Below, in pieces: positions 12,511 through 26,843 of a DNA stretch of 64,000 nucleotides; position 1 is the stretch's first letter; every line of letters starts with the position of its first letter. A program made the translations under genes and the position numbers. This DNA is from Eledone cirrhosa (taxonomy: Eukaryota). The notes under the pieces were generated by a model. That model did no database searches. It was not told where the DNA came from and worked only from the letters and a program-made list of their open reading frames with translations. The stretch is from contig OZ024753.1 of assembly GCA_964016885.1 (NCBI GenBank), positions 33,976,001-34,040,000 on the forward strand, given 5' to 3'.

Positions 12511-13465
12511 ATTTGGGTCGACGTGAATGTATGATAAAAGACATGTTTAACATATCGTTGGATCAATCCAATCTGAAGTTTTCATAGCGAATAGTATGTT
12601 ATGTGAGAAGATGTAGCCTCGGTGAGATTTTGATTCCTGTTTCATGCATATTTCTTAAATATTGGTTAACATTTTCAAGGAGAAATTAAGATTTTATTAA
12701 TACCAAAGTTTCTCTCAGTTGCTAACAGATGTTATTGTGTTGCTAGACTTCTTACTAGCGCTAGTTATTTTAATGTTAAAGAAACAAAAGCATTTGGTTA
12801 TCAATATGAATTATATCTATTTAGTAGAAAAACATTCTCAATCGAAGTAACAACGAGGAGATGCTTTCTTAATTTTATTGCTTATTAAATGCAATGGCTG
12901 GAAATATGAAAGCAGTTTATTAAATGTAATAAGTTATCAATAAGGCAGACGAAGCTAGAAGATACTGAATGCCTGTTACCTTCAATTTAATTAGTCATTA
13001 GAGAAATCGCTGTATTCAGTAGTTTTAGCAATGTTCAAAACTAAGTATAAGGAAGAATATGTTCTGAATTGACTACTAATTTACTATACCTATACCCGGT
13101 TTATAATCATGTCAAACATATACATATACAGCCACTTGACGAAAACTAACCCGAATCAATCTGCAGGGAAATCATCTCTCCCCTACAGCATTATTAGTGA
13201 ATTTCAGTTGGATGATGATGTTGATGATGTTGATGATGATGATAAGGGTTATGAGAATGAGGATAATGGTGGTGATGGTGGTGGTGGTGATGATGGCGGT
13301 GATGGTGGTGGGGATGATGATGGTAATGATGATGATGATGAAAATGAGGGTAATGGTGGTGATATTGATGAAGGTGGGTGTGAGTTGTTTTGATGATGAT
13401 AATAGTGATAAATGCCGACCACCACAACAACAACGACCACAACAACAACGACCATCACCACAACA

Positions 13466-13501
<36 letters not shown>

Positions 13502-14309
13502 ATGATGATTTAGCTGCTCAATAAATGCTGGAGTGTCATGTAGTGGAATATCTTATTGATATTCCAGTGAATATGTTGTTATATTCACTAATCTACACTG
13601 ACAATGTCAATGGCTTCATTATAATTAAAGTGCTATTTCTTGTTTTAATGGACATTAACATATTCATATGGGAATTTATAAAGATAAGTTTTTACAGCTC
13701 CAAGAATGATGACAATGAGGACACATGATTATTGAAATACACTTAATGGACAGATCAGAAATCTGGCCGTAATATTAATAACCAAATGGGAGAAAGGGTG
13801 GTTGTTAAATGAAAGGGAAAACTAATTTCTTAAATTGCATGTCACAATTCATTTGTTATGGGAGAGGACGAGAATAAAAGAGAGGGAAAATATTGATAGT
13901 AGTTTCCATTTCCTTTCTACAACAGGTTTGATTAAAATGTCTAATATGTATGGTTATTAGAATAATAGCATTTATTGGTGGTTACGAAGAAATATATGTT
14001 ATATTATTTCTCTGTCTGGTTCTTGTTTTAATGTTCAATATGGCTCTATTATTCAACGTACCAATTTTCATAAACATTGTTGTTTACTCGACAAATATGT
14101 TAACCTATAAAATCACTTTTCAAACAATATACCATATATGTTTGAAGCTTTCGAAATTTCGACGTTACCTGGCAGATCTTGGACTGTGTTGAAATTAAAG
14201 CAAATACAAAGCAATTGCGACCAGTCAGAGACACAGGTGCAGTGAAACTGTGTCAATGACCAGGTCACAAACAATTGGAAACTTGACACCAAGAAATAAC
14301 TGATAACTG

Positions 14310-14522
14310 CAGGGTGGCCCAAAAGTCACACAGGAGTTATAGTTTTTATTAACTTCCTGAATTGTACAGATTGATGTATGAAATTTTGATACAACTTAAA
14401 GGACATAATGGAAATTATTTTGCACTCGTCAATCCTTGTCACACCTCTATATTACTTATGAAAAATTAAATTAAAAAAAGTATAAACAGTTGCGATCCCT
14501 GTGTGACTTTTGGGCCACCCTG
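14310..14522. mobile_element. Tc1/mariner-type MITE
   Basis: 25-bp TIRs cagggtggcccaaaagtcacacagg / cctgtgtgacttttgggccaccctg. TA on the right flank, TG on the left. Confidence 0.85.
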
Positions 14523-14564
14523 TACTAGCTACTACTAAAATGTATCCACTTCTTTGTGGTGACA

Positions 14565-14765
14565 TAATAAAACCTTTCCATCTGACAAGATCAAACATTA
14601 ACTGTCTCAGTTCTTCATCGGATAATCCTGTATCTTCCTCAATGACTCTCTTTAATGTCTTTAGAGGTCTTACGCATTTTGCGTTTTACATTAGTAAACG
14701 TTTTGTAGCAGGTTCGTTCCCTCTTATGACATGACCTGCAAGTTGAAGACACCTGATACGGGTGG
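14565..14765 (-). mobile_element. Degenerate RTE-type LINE C-terminal fragment
   Basis: Translates RIRCLQLAGHVIRGNEP…RPLKTLKRVIEEDTGLSDEELRQLMFDLVRW, a typical RTE tail. Confidence 0.65.
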
Positions 14766-16167
14766 TATGAAAAATGTAGAGAGAAAGAAACTCTATTGTT
14801 TTTTTTATATTTTTAAAACCTCAATGAGATAAGAAAATATTCGGCCTTGAAACATTATTGCCAATACTGTGACAAAGTTTATTCAGTTAAAAAATAACAT
14901 TTCCGGATTTAACCAAAAGTGTTAGTTAGTTCATTTATACCTGCATCTAAACTCCAGTAAACTTTTAAAATTTTATAGAAAGCAAAATTGCTGCTAACGA
15001 CTGCAATATCATTCGCTATATTTCATATTTATGTTTTTTAATATTTATGTATTTTAATATATTTCACATCCTTTTCTATATATATATATTTATCTACTTT
15101 TATATGTTCATTTATTGAAGATTCAATCAATATCATTTATTGCTATGGGCAATTTTCGTTGAGCAGATGATTGACGGAAATGGAATATAAAACTTTATTT
15201 AATATATTTCTCGCTAATAATTCAATTCAATTTATATAATGCCTTCCGGTGTAGTTTTTTTTATTATGTTTAACGTCAGTAAAATATAAACAGTATGGCG
15301 GCATATTTGTATTGAATATTTTTTTTTAATATAAAAATAATGAAATAAATATATATGTATGAACAGTAAATTAAACTAACGATATCTTTTTATTTCTTGG
15401 AAAACAGCCTATCATTAAACAAAGCTGTTCATATAGAAAAATACGATCTCTTAGAAACAAGTCAATTTTAGAATTGTAAGCTTTGGGCAATTATGCATGC
15501 AACATAGAATTTTAACTTCAGAAATTTGAAATAATATAATGGTATAACTTATGAGGTTTGTCTAACACACATGTCAAAGGTGAAAATACCTAAATCATGT
15601 ACCTGGTTGCTATGGTAGTTATTGTATTAGAATACAATCGTTGTATTAGAATACAATCGTTTATTAAAATTCAACCCTTTTAACAATATTAATGAAATTT
15701 CCAATGTTTATTTATTCATATATATATATGAGTGTGTGTTTTATATCATGGTTGGTGAATAATGGCAGCGTTGGCTACAGATTTCTAACACGGCCCATCA
15801 CTAATTCATTACATTTCTAACAGAAAGAGTGATAAGAGAGTCATTGTAAAATGATGTTAAGAAATATTTCAAAGGATTTAGTTCGTAAAGTGCCTCTTTT
15901 TCGACGATAATATCAGTGAAAGGTACAGATAAATGTATACATATATGAAATTTATATGAAAACATAATTTATTTCAAACACTAGATGGAACACATGAGAG
16001 AGCTAGTTATAATAGTGATGTTGTTGTTGTTGATGTAGCTCAACACTTGTCAACCAGATATATAACCAAATGCATTCTATTCCATCCATAGATAAATACC
16101 TACATACAGCTACATACACATATATGCATACATATGCATATTTATACATATACACGCATATGCATGT

Positions 16168-16233
<66 letters not shown>

Positions 16234-16246
16234 GTATACATATACA

Positions 16247-16684
16247 TGGTGGCTGCCAACTCGTTTTCGAGTACGGACACTACTTTATATCCATGTAGGA
16301 GAACCCCTACCGATGCGCTGAACGAGTGTGACTTTTTAGTCCAGCCAGCGACTTGAAAACTCTGGTACAAACACTACACTTGTGACAATTACTGACACAT
16401 AGTGCTGGACCCATGGTACCATGTGACGACAAGTGCAGAGAGATCTCCAGATATAAAGCAATGCCTGTGCCGTGAAGCTTTTATAGTGAGCAAAGGCACT
16501 GCACAAAGCCAGTCCCACTCTCTTAACCAAGATGATATTTACCAAAAAGAATAACAAGTCAACATCATTGGATACCATCAGGGTTGCAGGTGTTATATCA
16601 GAGTTTTCCTTCTCCTAGAATTCTGCCTTGACAAAGGCTAAGGGGTCATCTCTCCCGGTGATTTTGGATGGCCATTGACTCTTA
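16247..16684 (-). mobile_element. 5'-truncated copy of a ~610-bp non-autonomous retroelement (RTE-5'UTR-like)
   Basis: Near-identical to the first ~437 bp (+ strand) of 20354-20962 and 22282-22890. Embedded in (TA/CATA)n. Confidence 0.8.
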
Positions 16685-16849
16685 CATATACATACATACA
16701 TATAAACGTTCATAAATACATTCATACATACAGATATACGTATACTAATTCCGTACGATACTGTAATTTGTTTACCAAAAGTTTAGTCCGTGTGAAAAAC
16801 AAAACAAATAACGATTATATGTAGACTGCCATGAAACTATGTTTATATT

Positions 16850-17180
16850 TCTATAAGAATTTCCATATATATAAATATAACTAAAAGTTAAGGGCCAAAA
16901 CATTTCCTTGGTGGGGTTTTCTCTGTAGACCATCTCTCTGCTGTCCATCTCTTCACTGCTATGAAAATATATTTCTCCTTATCTGCAATATTTCTATAAA
17001 AACTTCAATATATATAAATATAACTAGAGGTTAAGGGCCAAAATATTTCCTTGTGGGTGAGATCCTTTTCTGAAGATCTTCTGCTGTCCAGCTCTCGAGA
17101 GTTTCTTCCCACTTATATATAGACTGCTATGAAAATATGTTCTTCCTTAGCTGTAATATTTCTAGAAAAACTTCAGTATA
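16850..17180. repeat. Diverged tandem duplication (~145-bp period)
   Basis: tatataaatataacta…gttaagggccaaaa and actgctatgaaaatat recur. Confidence 0.7.
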
Positions 17181-18213
17181 TATATAGATATATTTATGAA
17201 GTTCATCTGTAATATTGATATTTTGCTTTATTTTAAAATTATATAACCCATAAAAGTATGAATATTAATTTTTTTTATTTCTTATGTTAGCCTCATTACC
17301 ACATATGATACATTAATTCACAATTTCTACGAGTCATTTAAGACATCCATTAACTTCAGAAATGTGCGAACTATTAATATTTTCGTTTCATTAAACATCT
17401 CTTCTTGCTAATAAGATACTCGTTTCCAGCAATTAGAAACTAATTTAATCCGTTTATAGGATTAATCTCGAGGAAATACATTGATCAAACACATTGTACA
17501 CTTTCTCTCAATAATATTGTACACCTGTCAATACATTTTCTAGTGAAGCAAATTTTATTCAGTTTTAACTAACCTAGGCGCTGTAAGGCTCAAATGATCC
17601 TGCCAATTCCCCGCCTTATATACATGAAATAGTACCTTTTATTTTGAGCAAAAGGGCAGCAAATATTCAGTGAATGAGTACACATTATATCTACCCCAGT
17701 TCTTGAGAGGTACTCTCAACTCTTATCAACTTGGGTGGATTAAAGGCAAAATTGAACTCGGCAGGATTTGAACTGATGGGCTTGAAACAATAACTAACTA
17801 GGCGTTAAGAGTTAATTATATAGCAACAATATATATGTAATATATAATGTGACGAACAACATATATATTATATATTTATTTCTCATCTTAGCACAACACG
17901 TTTATTATATTCTATTAAATGTAACAAAAGATATATCTGTGACATATTTATTGATTCTATGAGAAAACAAAGCAAAGTCGAAACAAACATACCTTGAGCA
18001 TGTATTATAGCCAAGACTGAACCAAATACTGTAAGACATTTAATTCAGAATTAAACGAAAAGAAAAACAACCTTAAATATGTAAGTATTGAGAATTCTAC
18101 TTAGTGTGTCACGTATTTCGAGCCCCATAATTATGCAATCATACAGATTTTATATCTAGAGCGTAAAGATGTATGCATTAATAATATATGTGTATGCATG
18201 TGAGTGTTTGCTG

Positions 18214-18297
<84 letters not shown>

Positions 18298-18622
18298 ATC
18301 ATACATACATATATATACATATACATATATATACGTATTTACATAAAGTACCAACTAACTACTGACGGTGTTTATCTCCTCCTCTCTCATGTCAACGTTG
18401 CGCCATAGAAGGAGTCGGGGGGGGGGGGGCTACTACCAAAGTACTTTTCTCTTGAGATGGGGATGTGTTGAGCGCGGAGTTAACGATACGTTCTCATATA
18501 TAAAAGACTGACATGCTACTGAAACTGTCCAAAGAAGTGAAACACAGCACGAAACAGTATGATTGCATGCATGTACACACAAACACACACACACACATAT
18601 ATATATATACACAAACACACAC

Positions 18623-18689
<67 letters not shown>

Positions 18690-18692
18690 TAC

Positions 18693-18966
18693 TAAAAAAG
18701 GTCTAAAGTCTGTCTTAAGCCAGAAGGCCCATTTGGCCGGTGCTTATCCCGGTTTCATGGCGTGAATCGACTGAGAGTTCAAGACTCCCCCCTGGACAGG
18801 ACGCCAGTCCATCGCAGAGTTAAACCTCCAGCTATTGCTGGTACTCATTTTCAGCTGAGTATACTGGAGCAACGTGAAATGAAGTGTTTTGCTCAAGAAC
18901 ACAACACGCAACCCAGGAATCGAGCCCATGACATTATGATATCGTAAGTCCAACACTCTTACCACG

Positions 18967-18967
<1 letters not shown>
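18693..18967 (-). mobile_element. tRNA-derived SINE with CORE-like and V-domain-like blocks
   Basis: Minus strand: tRNA-like head, tgttcttgagcaaaacactt (CORE-like), ctgcgatggactggcgtcctgtccaggg (V-SINE-like), tail aaccgggataagcaccggcc. Confidence 0.7.
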
Positions 18968-19000
<33 letters not shown>

Positions 19001-19044
19001 ATAAATATGATAATAATGGAGCTGCGCGTTGCAAATGGGATACA

Positions 19045-19305
19045 TATGAAAAAGTAAGTCCTTCATCAGTGACCCTCCAACCGTCCCAGGCATTTCATCG
19101 CTTTAAGGGCCATATACCTCAGGTTGGTGCGAACAACGGCTAAAAAAAGTCGTTGGGACACGTAAATAAAGGGGACGTTAGGGTGAACAAACAAAATGGT
19201 TTAAGCAACAGAAAGTGAGAAGAAAGAGACAAGTCCCAGATTTCTATGAATATAAACTCGGTGAAATCGTGAACAAGAGACAAAAGACCATCAAACCTGG
19301 TTGAA
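19045..19305 (-). mobile_element. (TA)-associated repeat, homologous to 26470-26728, with CTGATGA near its 3' end
   Basis: Long reverse-complement match between the two loci. Confidence 0.75.
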
Positions 19306-19469
19306 ATGTGAGCAAGGAAGGAATTTCGCACAGATCTAACGGGGGGAAGAAGAAGGGGTCTGGTCTGCGAATTCGGTAAACATAAGTTCTGTGAAGTCGC
19401 AGACGAGAGAGAGAGAGAGAAAAAAAATATATATATATATATATAGGCAACATGACCCTCCCAAAGTAT

Positions 19470-19524
<55 letters not shown>

Positions 19525-19527
<3 letters not shown>

Positions 19528-19719
19528 CGAAGGAAATGTGGTAAGGAACCAGGTGGACCATAACGCACCAAAGTAGTCAATACTTAGGGTAGTAGAGTGG
19601 GTAATAGGAACAAGTAAGACCCCGACGGCTGAGCTCAAGCCGTTTCGACGGCTAATTCTGGACTCCAGAATTAGCCGTCGAAACGGCTTGAGCTCAGCCG
19701 TCGGGGTCTTACTTGTTCC

Positions 19720-19722
<3 letters not shown>
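19525..19722 (-). mobile_element. Fold-back mini-element, copy B
   Basis: Perfect palindrome 19604-19722 plus tail. (TA)n on both sides. Confidence 0.9.
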
Positions 19723-19761
<39 letters not shown>

Positions 19762-20113
19762 AATATATACTAACTGTTATAGATACATATATATGTGTGT
19801 GTAAATCATGCAAGTAGGCCTAGGTCGTGGTTTGTAATGTTCCGGTCATTGATAAACATGTGTGTACATTAGTTATTCATGAGTAAATCTAAGCGAAAGT
19901 ACATTACAATGGTATAATGTTTCATTAATACATTGTTCGCTATTATTACTTCAATATATCAGTATTCATCTTTTGTCCTTTACTTGAAGCTTTTGCTTTG
20001 CAATGACTTCAGAGATCACTTCTCAAATGCAATCAAACGTTTGCATTCATGACAGTACACTTTCTCCCTCTCTCGTCATGCAATACACAGATACACTCGT
20101 AAGCACACACACA

Positions 20114-20179
<66 letters not shown>

Positions 20180-20267
20180 TATATATATAATATATATATA
20201 TTCATATATATATAATATAAATATGTACATATATATGCATATAAATACATATATATATACACACATT

Positions 20268-20335
<68 letters not shown>

Positions 20336-20353
20336 TATATATATATATATATA

Positions 20354-20962
20354 TGGTGGCTGCCAACTCGTTTTCGAGTACGGCCACTACTTTATATCCA
20401 TGTAGGAGAACCCCTACCGATGCGCTGAACGAATGTGACTTTTTAGTCCAGCCAGCGACTTGAAAACTCTGGTACAAAGACTACACTTGTGACCATTATT
20501 GACACATAGTGCAGGGCCCATGGTACCATGTGATGACAAGTGCAGAGAGATCTCCAGATATAAAGCAATGCCTGTGCTGTGAAGCTTTTATAGTGAGCAA
20601 AGGCACTGCACAAAGCCAGTCCCACTCTCTTAACCAAGATGATATTTACCAAAAAGAAGAACAAGTCAACATCATTGGATACCATCAGGGTTGCAGGTGT
20701 TATATCAGAGTTTTCCTTCTCCTAGAATTCTGCCTTAACAAAGGCTAAGGGGTCATCTCTCCCGGTGATTTTGGATGGCTATTGACTCTTAAAAGCTCCC
20801 TTGCCCTTTGACAGGTTTTGTTTTTAGTCCTGCAGGATGTCCAAAGTCACCCTCCTCACCAAGAAACCTTGGTGGGGTTGCCAGTTTAGTCGCCAACGAC
20901 CCGACCATGAGACAGGTTGTACTGGGATACATGTTACCAGTAGCACCAACTGGTGACCTGAC
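20354..20962 (-). mobile_element. Full ~610-bp non-autonomous retroelement (RTE-5'UTR-like, candidate HDV-like ribozyme remnant)
   Basis: Three copies in the window. Minus strand contains ggtcgttggcgactaaactggcaacc and ctaggagaaggaaaactctga, motifs I associate with RTE 5' UTRs. Confidence 0.7.
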
Positions 20963-22281
20963 ATATACATACATACATACACATATACATACATATATAC
21001 ATACATACATACATACACATATACATACATACATACATATATACATACATACATACATACACATATACATACATATATACATACATACATATATATATAC
21101 ATACATATACACATACATACATATACACATACATACATATACACATACATACATACACATATACATACATACATACATACATATACATACACACATACAT
21201 ACATATACATACATACATACACATACACATACATACATACATACATATACATACATACATATACATACATACACATATACATACATACATATATACATAT
21301 ACATACATACATACATATACATACATACATACATACATACATACACATACATACATATATATACATACATACACATACATATACATACATACATACATAC
21401 ATATACATACATATATATATACATACACATACATACATATACATATACATACATATATATATATACATACATACACATACATATACACATACATACATAC
21501 ATACATATATACATACATACATATATACATACATACATATATATATACATACATACATACACATATACATACATACATACACATATACATACATATACAT
21601 ACATATACACATACATACATATACATACATATACATATACATACATATACATACATATACATATACATACATACACATACATACACACACATACATATAC
21701 ATATATATATATATAAATATACATACATATACATACATATACATATACATACACATACATACATATACACATACATACACATACATACATATACATATAC
21801 ATACATATACACACATATACATACATATACACATACATACATATACATACATATACATACATATACATATATATATACATACATATACATATATACACAT
21901 ATACATACATATACATACATATACATACATATACATATACACATACATACATATACATACATATACACACATACACATATACATGCATATACATATATAT
22001 ATATACATACATATACATACATATACATATATACACATATACATACATATACATACATATACATACACACACATATACACATACATACATATACATACAT
22101 ATACACATACACACATACATACATATACATACACATACATATATATATATACATACATATACATACATATACATATATATATATACATACATATACATAC
22201 ATATACATACATATACATATACATACACATACATATATATACATATACATACATATACATATATATATATATACATACATA
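20963..22281. repeat. 1.3-kb (CATA/CATATA)n compound microsatellite
   Basis: Direct inspection. Confidence 0.95.
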
Positions 22282-22890
22282 TGGTGGCTGCCAACTCGTT
22301 TTCGAGTACGGCCACTACTTTATATCCATGTAGGAGAACCCCTACCGATACGCTGAACGAGTGTGACTTTTGAGTCCAGCCAGCGACTTGAAAACTCTGG
22401 TACAAACACTACACTTGTGACAATTATTGACACATAGTGCTGGGCCCATGGTACCATGTGACGACAAGTGCAGAGAGATCTCCAGATACAAAGCAATGCC
22501 TGTGCCATGAAGCTTTTATAGTGAGCAAAGGCACTGCACAAAGCCAGTCCCACTCTCTTAACCAAGATGATATTTACCAAAAAGAAGAACAAGTCAACAT
22601 CATTGGATACCATCAGGGTTGCAGGTGTTATATCAGAGTTTTCCTTCTCCTAGAATTCTGCCTTGACAAAGGCTAAGGGGTCATCTCTCCCGGTGATTTT
22701 GGATGGCCATTGACTCTTAAGAGCTCCTTTGCCCTTTGACAGGTTTTGTTTTTAGTCCTGCAGGATGTCCAAAGTCACCCTCCTCACCAAGAAAACTTGG
22801 TGGGGTTGCCAGTTTAGTCGCCAACGACCCGACCATGAAACAGGTTGTACTGGGATACATGTTACCAGTAGCACCAACTGGTGACCTGAC
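22282..22890 (-). mobile_element. Second full copy of the ~610-bp element
   Basis: Highly similar to 20354-20962. Confidence 0.8.
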
Positions 22891-22922
22891 ATATATATAT
22901 ATATACATATATATATATACAC

Positions 22923-22955
<33 letters not shown>

Positions 22956-22958
22956 CAC

Positions 22959-23067
<109 letters not shown>

Positions 23068-23068
23068 C

Positions 23069-23131
<63 letters not shown>

Positions 23132-23150
23132 CATATATATATACATATAC

Positions 23151-23235
<85 letters not shown>

Positions 23236-23236
23236 C

Positions 23237-23319
<83 letters not shown>

Positions 23320-23967
23320 TGTGTGGAGAGAGAGAGAGAAAGAGATTAAGCAAGCTATCTGCTAGATGCTTACCAACTAAGATTCTGTAATGATTACTGG
23401 TTCGTGTTTCTCCCTCCATAATTACATATATTGTATGTAGAGAATGACAGACATAACAAGGTTCCTGCAGTAGGGAAGAAAGATAACTACAAAAACATAC
23501 ACACATACCGAGCAGCAGAGTCACTGTTAAGTGGAGAGTCACTGTTAAGTTGATCACATTGCCATATAATCGATCAAATCATACGTAAGCCCTCATTTTA
23601 AAGCCGTGGGTAAGGACGATAACTTCAATTTAGATATCGATTCAGTTGTTTATCTTCTGGTATTACGTGTTATCCGAAGGCAATGAAATAACTATAGCTT
23701 CACGAAAATACCTTACGAGCTTTATTTCTCCCATGTGTTTTCCTCCCATTCTTGTAAAAATGAATAGAGATTTTTATCCCTGTGCGGCAGTGTTTTATAA
23801 CATTTGATGTTTTAATACATCTATAAAGACAGTGACCTGAGGAGCTGGACGGTATTGTTACATCATGTTGTGTAACGGAGAACCTTTGAAGCCTGATCAC
23901 TGGCAAAGCACGAGTAACGCAATAAACATGCTAAACTGAGCTCGCTCTCTCCTTATACACACACATG

Positions 23968-24014
<47 letters not shown>

Positions 24015-24020
<6 letters not shown>

Positions 24021-24122
24021 TAACAGATTTGCTCTACGGTTCTTATATATTTGATATATATTTGATATATATTTATCCTTATCGAGCCCTCTTTGGATTT
24101 TAGTCTTCAAATTTATTATTAT

Positions 24123-24159
<37 letters not shown>

Positions 24160-24272
24160 TAACAGATTTGCTCTACGGTTCTTATATATTTGATATATAT
24201 TTGATATATATTTGATATATATTTATCCTTATCGAGCCCTCTTTGGATTTTAGTCTTCAAATTTATTATTAT

Positions 24273-24277
<5 letters not shown>
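24015..24277. repeat. Two tandem copies of a (TA)n-embedded ~115-bp repeat
   Basis: ttaaaataacagatttgctctacgg…cttcaaatttattattattact occurs twice. Related to 8330-8485. Confidence 0.85.
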
Positions 24278-24326
<49 letters not shown>

Positions 24327-25010
24327 CTATCCAGGACCCCGACAGCTGAGCTCCGGCCGTTTCGACAGCTACATCCAAACTCCCAAGTGTTATATATATA
24401 TATATATATATATATATACTCATAACTTTACGAGAGCGTGTTATGTGCGTTCACCATATAAACCGCAACAATATAAACAGCAGTAATAACTGCAGTAAGC
24501 ACAGCCGTGGTAGAAGTAAAGAAGTCACCGCTGCCACAGCGACGCGACAATAGCAGCAGAAGCAGTAGCTGTAATATAGCACGCAGGCTATTGTTTTGGG
24601 GCGAAAATGGTTTCACTGATTTTCTATGAATGACTTTCTTGGAAATATGAATGTCTTTTGGAAACCTGAAAAGAGAAGGGAGGAAATAATATTTATACAT
24701 GTACTTGAACACGTATACTTTTGTGAGGAAATGTTTGGTCTTATTGGAGGTATTTGTCCAACATTTCCTGAATGTGGTGATTTTGTTTCAGTCCAATGCA
24801 AACTAAAGATCACACAGTTCAATAAGATGCACATGAATAAGATGGATAATAAACAAGTCCAATAGAAAAAGTGTTTCTTGAATGAAATATATAAACATAC
24901 AAGCACAAAAAAATTCAGACTCACACACACACATACCTATATATCTGTGTGTGTATGTGTATGTGTGCATATTTAAATACACATGCGTACGTACATCATA
25001 TATATGTATA

Positions 25011-25067
<57 letters not shown>

Positions 25068-25196
25068 GTGAGGTTTTTTTTACAAAATGAAAAATAACCG
25101 AGGTGTCCTACACGAGTGGAAGTATAAAGAAAAAGAGATGAAATCGAAAATGCAACTGAAGTCTTATTTTTTTTAAATATATATATTTATTTGGTT

Positions 25197-25272
<76 letters not shown>

Positions 25273-25370
25273 GACGGTGAATGTATATATATATCCAGGA
25301 GATTCCAACCAGAATGGTTGCATTTTTTCAGCGTATGTCAATATTTATTTATAAAACTAACCTATATTAT

Positions 25371-25434
25371 ATTTTATCTGATGAAAGCGCACCAAAGTTT
25401 GCCTTGGTGGCCCTTGAAATATGTATAATGAAAT
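25371..25434 (+). ncRNA. Minimal type I hammerhead motif
   Basis: AUUUUAU-CUGAUGA-AAG…CACCAA(…)UUGGUG…CUU-GAAAUAUGUAUA|AUGAAAU. Confidence 0.65.
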
Positions 25435-25542
25435 AAATATGGTTTTATAAATATAGTTTCCATTTGTTTAATATATTGTATATATATATATATATATATA
25501 TATTCTGTATGTGTGTATGTGCGTATATATATATATATATAT

Positions 25543-25739
25543 ATAGGAACGAGTAGGACCCCGACGGCTGAGCTCAAGCCGTTTCGACGGCTAATTCTGA
25601 ATCCAGAATTAGCCATCGAAACGGCTTGAGCTCAGCCGTCGGGGTCCTACTCGTTCCTATTACCCACTCTACTACCCTAAGTATTGAGTACTTTGGTGCG
25701 TTATGGTCCACCTGGTTCCTTACCACATTTCCTTCGTTA
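25543..25739 (+). mobile_element. Fold-back mini-element, copy C
   Basis: Near-perfect palindrome 25543-25660 plus tail identical in type to copy A. Confidence 0.9.
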
Positions 25740-26173
25740 TATATATATAGAGAGAGAGAGAGAAAACCATGGAGAGGGAGAGAGAGTATAGTTTATATTT
25801 ATATAAGCAGTTTGTTTGACTAAGATTCGCATTGTTTAAAGTTTCACAGATGTGGGTCTATACCCCTGCTTGTTCAGATGCTTCGATCTGGACCCTGCTT
25901 ACATATGTACACCAGTAATGCAGAGCAGTATAGGCTACAATATGTATGGAGAACTTTGTATAATTTATATATATATATATACCTTTAGTAAAGATAGAAT
26001 ACATTAACCAATACACAGTCACCCAATCACTAACACACATCAAACAAAACACTATACACACACGCAAACGCATGCGCAAAGAAGACAAAATAAAATAAAC
26101 AAATAAATAAATATATAAACAGACTAAATAAAGATGACGTAGAAAATACAATGCAACGCGAGGAAACAATAGC

Positions 26174-26215
26174 ACCACTGACGATGTTGCAGATGTGCAA
26201 CGAAAGAACTTTGAT
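26174..26215 (+). ncRNA. Minimal type I hammerhead motif with extra nucleotide after A9
   Basis: ACCA-CUGACGA-u-GUUGCA(gaug)UGCAAC-GAAA(gaac)UU|UGAU. Stem I has one mismatch. Confidence 0.65.
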
Positions 26216-26417
26216 AAACTATATATATATATGTGTTTGTGTCTATATTGTATCTGTGTTTTTGACCGTTGGTCAGTCAGTGGCAACATTGAGGACCGAA
26301 TAAATTAAATTACCGATATAAAGGACACAGAAGCGTAAAGTGAAAACCAACCAAACAGTGAGTGTGTTCTGTTATTAATTCTGGCAATATTACACAAATA
26401 TGACCCTCCCCAAGTAT

Positions 26418-26469
<52 letters not shown>

Positions 26470-26471
<2 letters not shown>

Positions 26472-26722
26472 CAACCAGGTTTGATGGTCTTTATTCTCTC
26501 GTTCACGATTTCACCGAACTTAAATTTATAGAAATCTGGGATTTGTCTCCTTTCCTCACTTTCTGTTGCTTCACCATTTTGTTTGTTTACCCTCGCGTCC
26601 CCTTTATTTACGTGTCCCAACGACTTTTTTTAGCCGTTGCTCGCACCAACCGGAGGTATATGGTCTTTAAAGCGATGAAATGCCTATGATAGTTGGAAGA
26701 TCACTGATGAAGGACAAACTTT

Positions 26723-26728
<6 letters not shown>
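26470..26728 (+). mobile_element. (TA)-embedded repeat homologous to 19045-19305
   Basis: Direct match. Ends …cactgatgaaggacaaacttttttc(AT)n. Confidence 0.75.
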
Positions 26729-26761
<33 letters not shown>

Positions 26762-26843
26762 TTTATCCCGAGTTCAATCGGGCGTAACCACAGTAAGTAA
26801 GGTACTTGATACATAGCAGAGTATAAATATTTATTATAGAAAT

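Noticed and set aside
13109-13510. Asp/Gly/His/Asn-rich ORFs (also 3559-3837, 54541-55296, 63256-63513)
   Set aside because: Trinucleotide (GAT/GGT/CAA) low-complexity tracts open in several frames; no evidence of coding.
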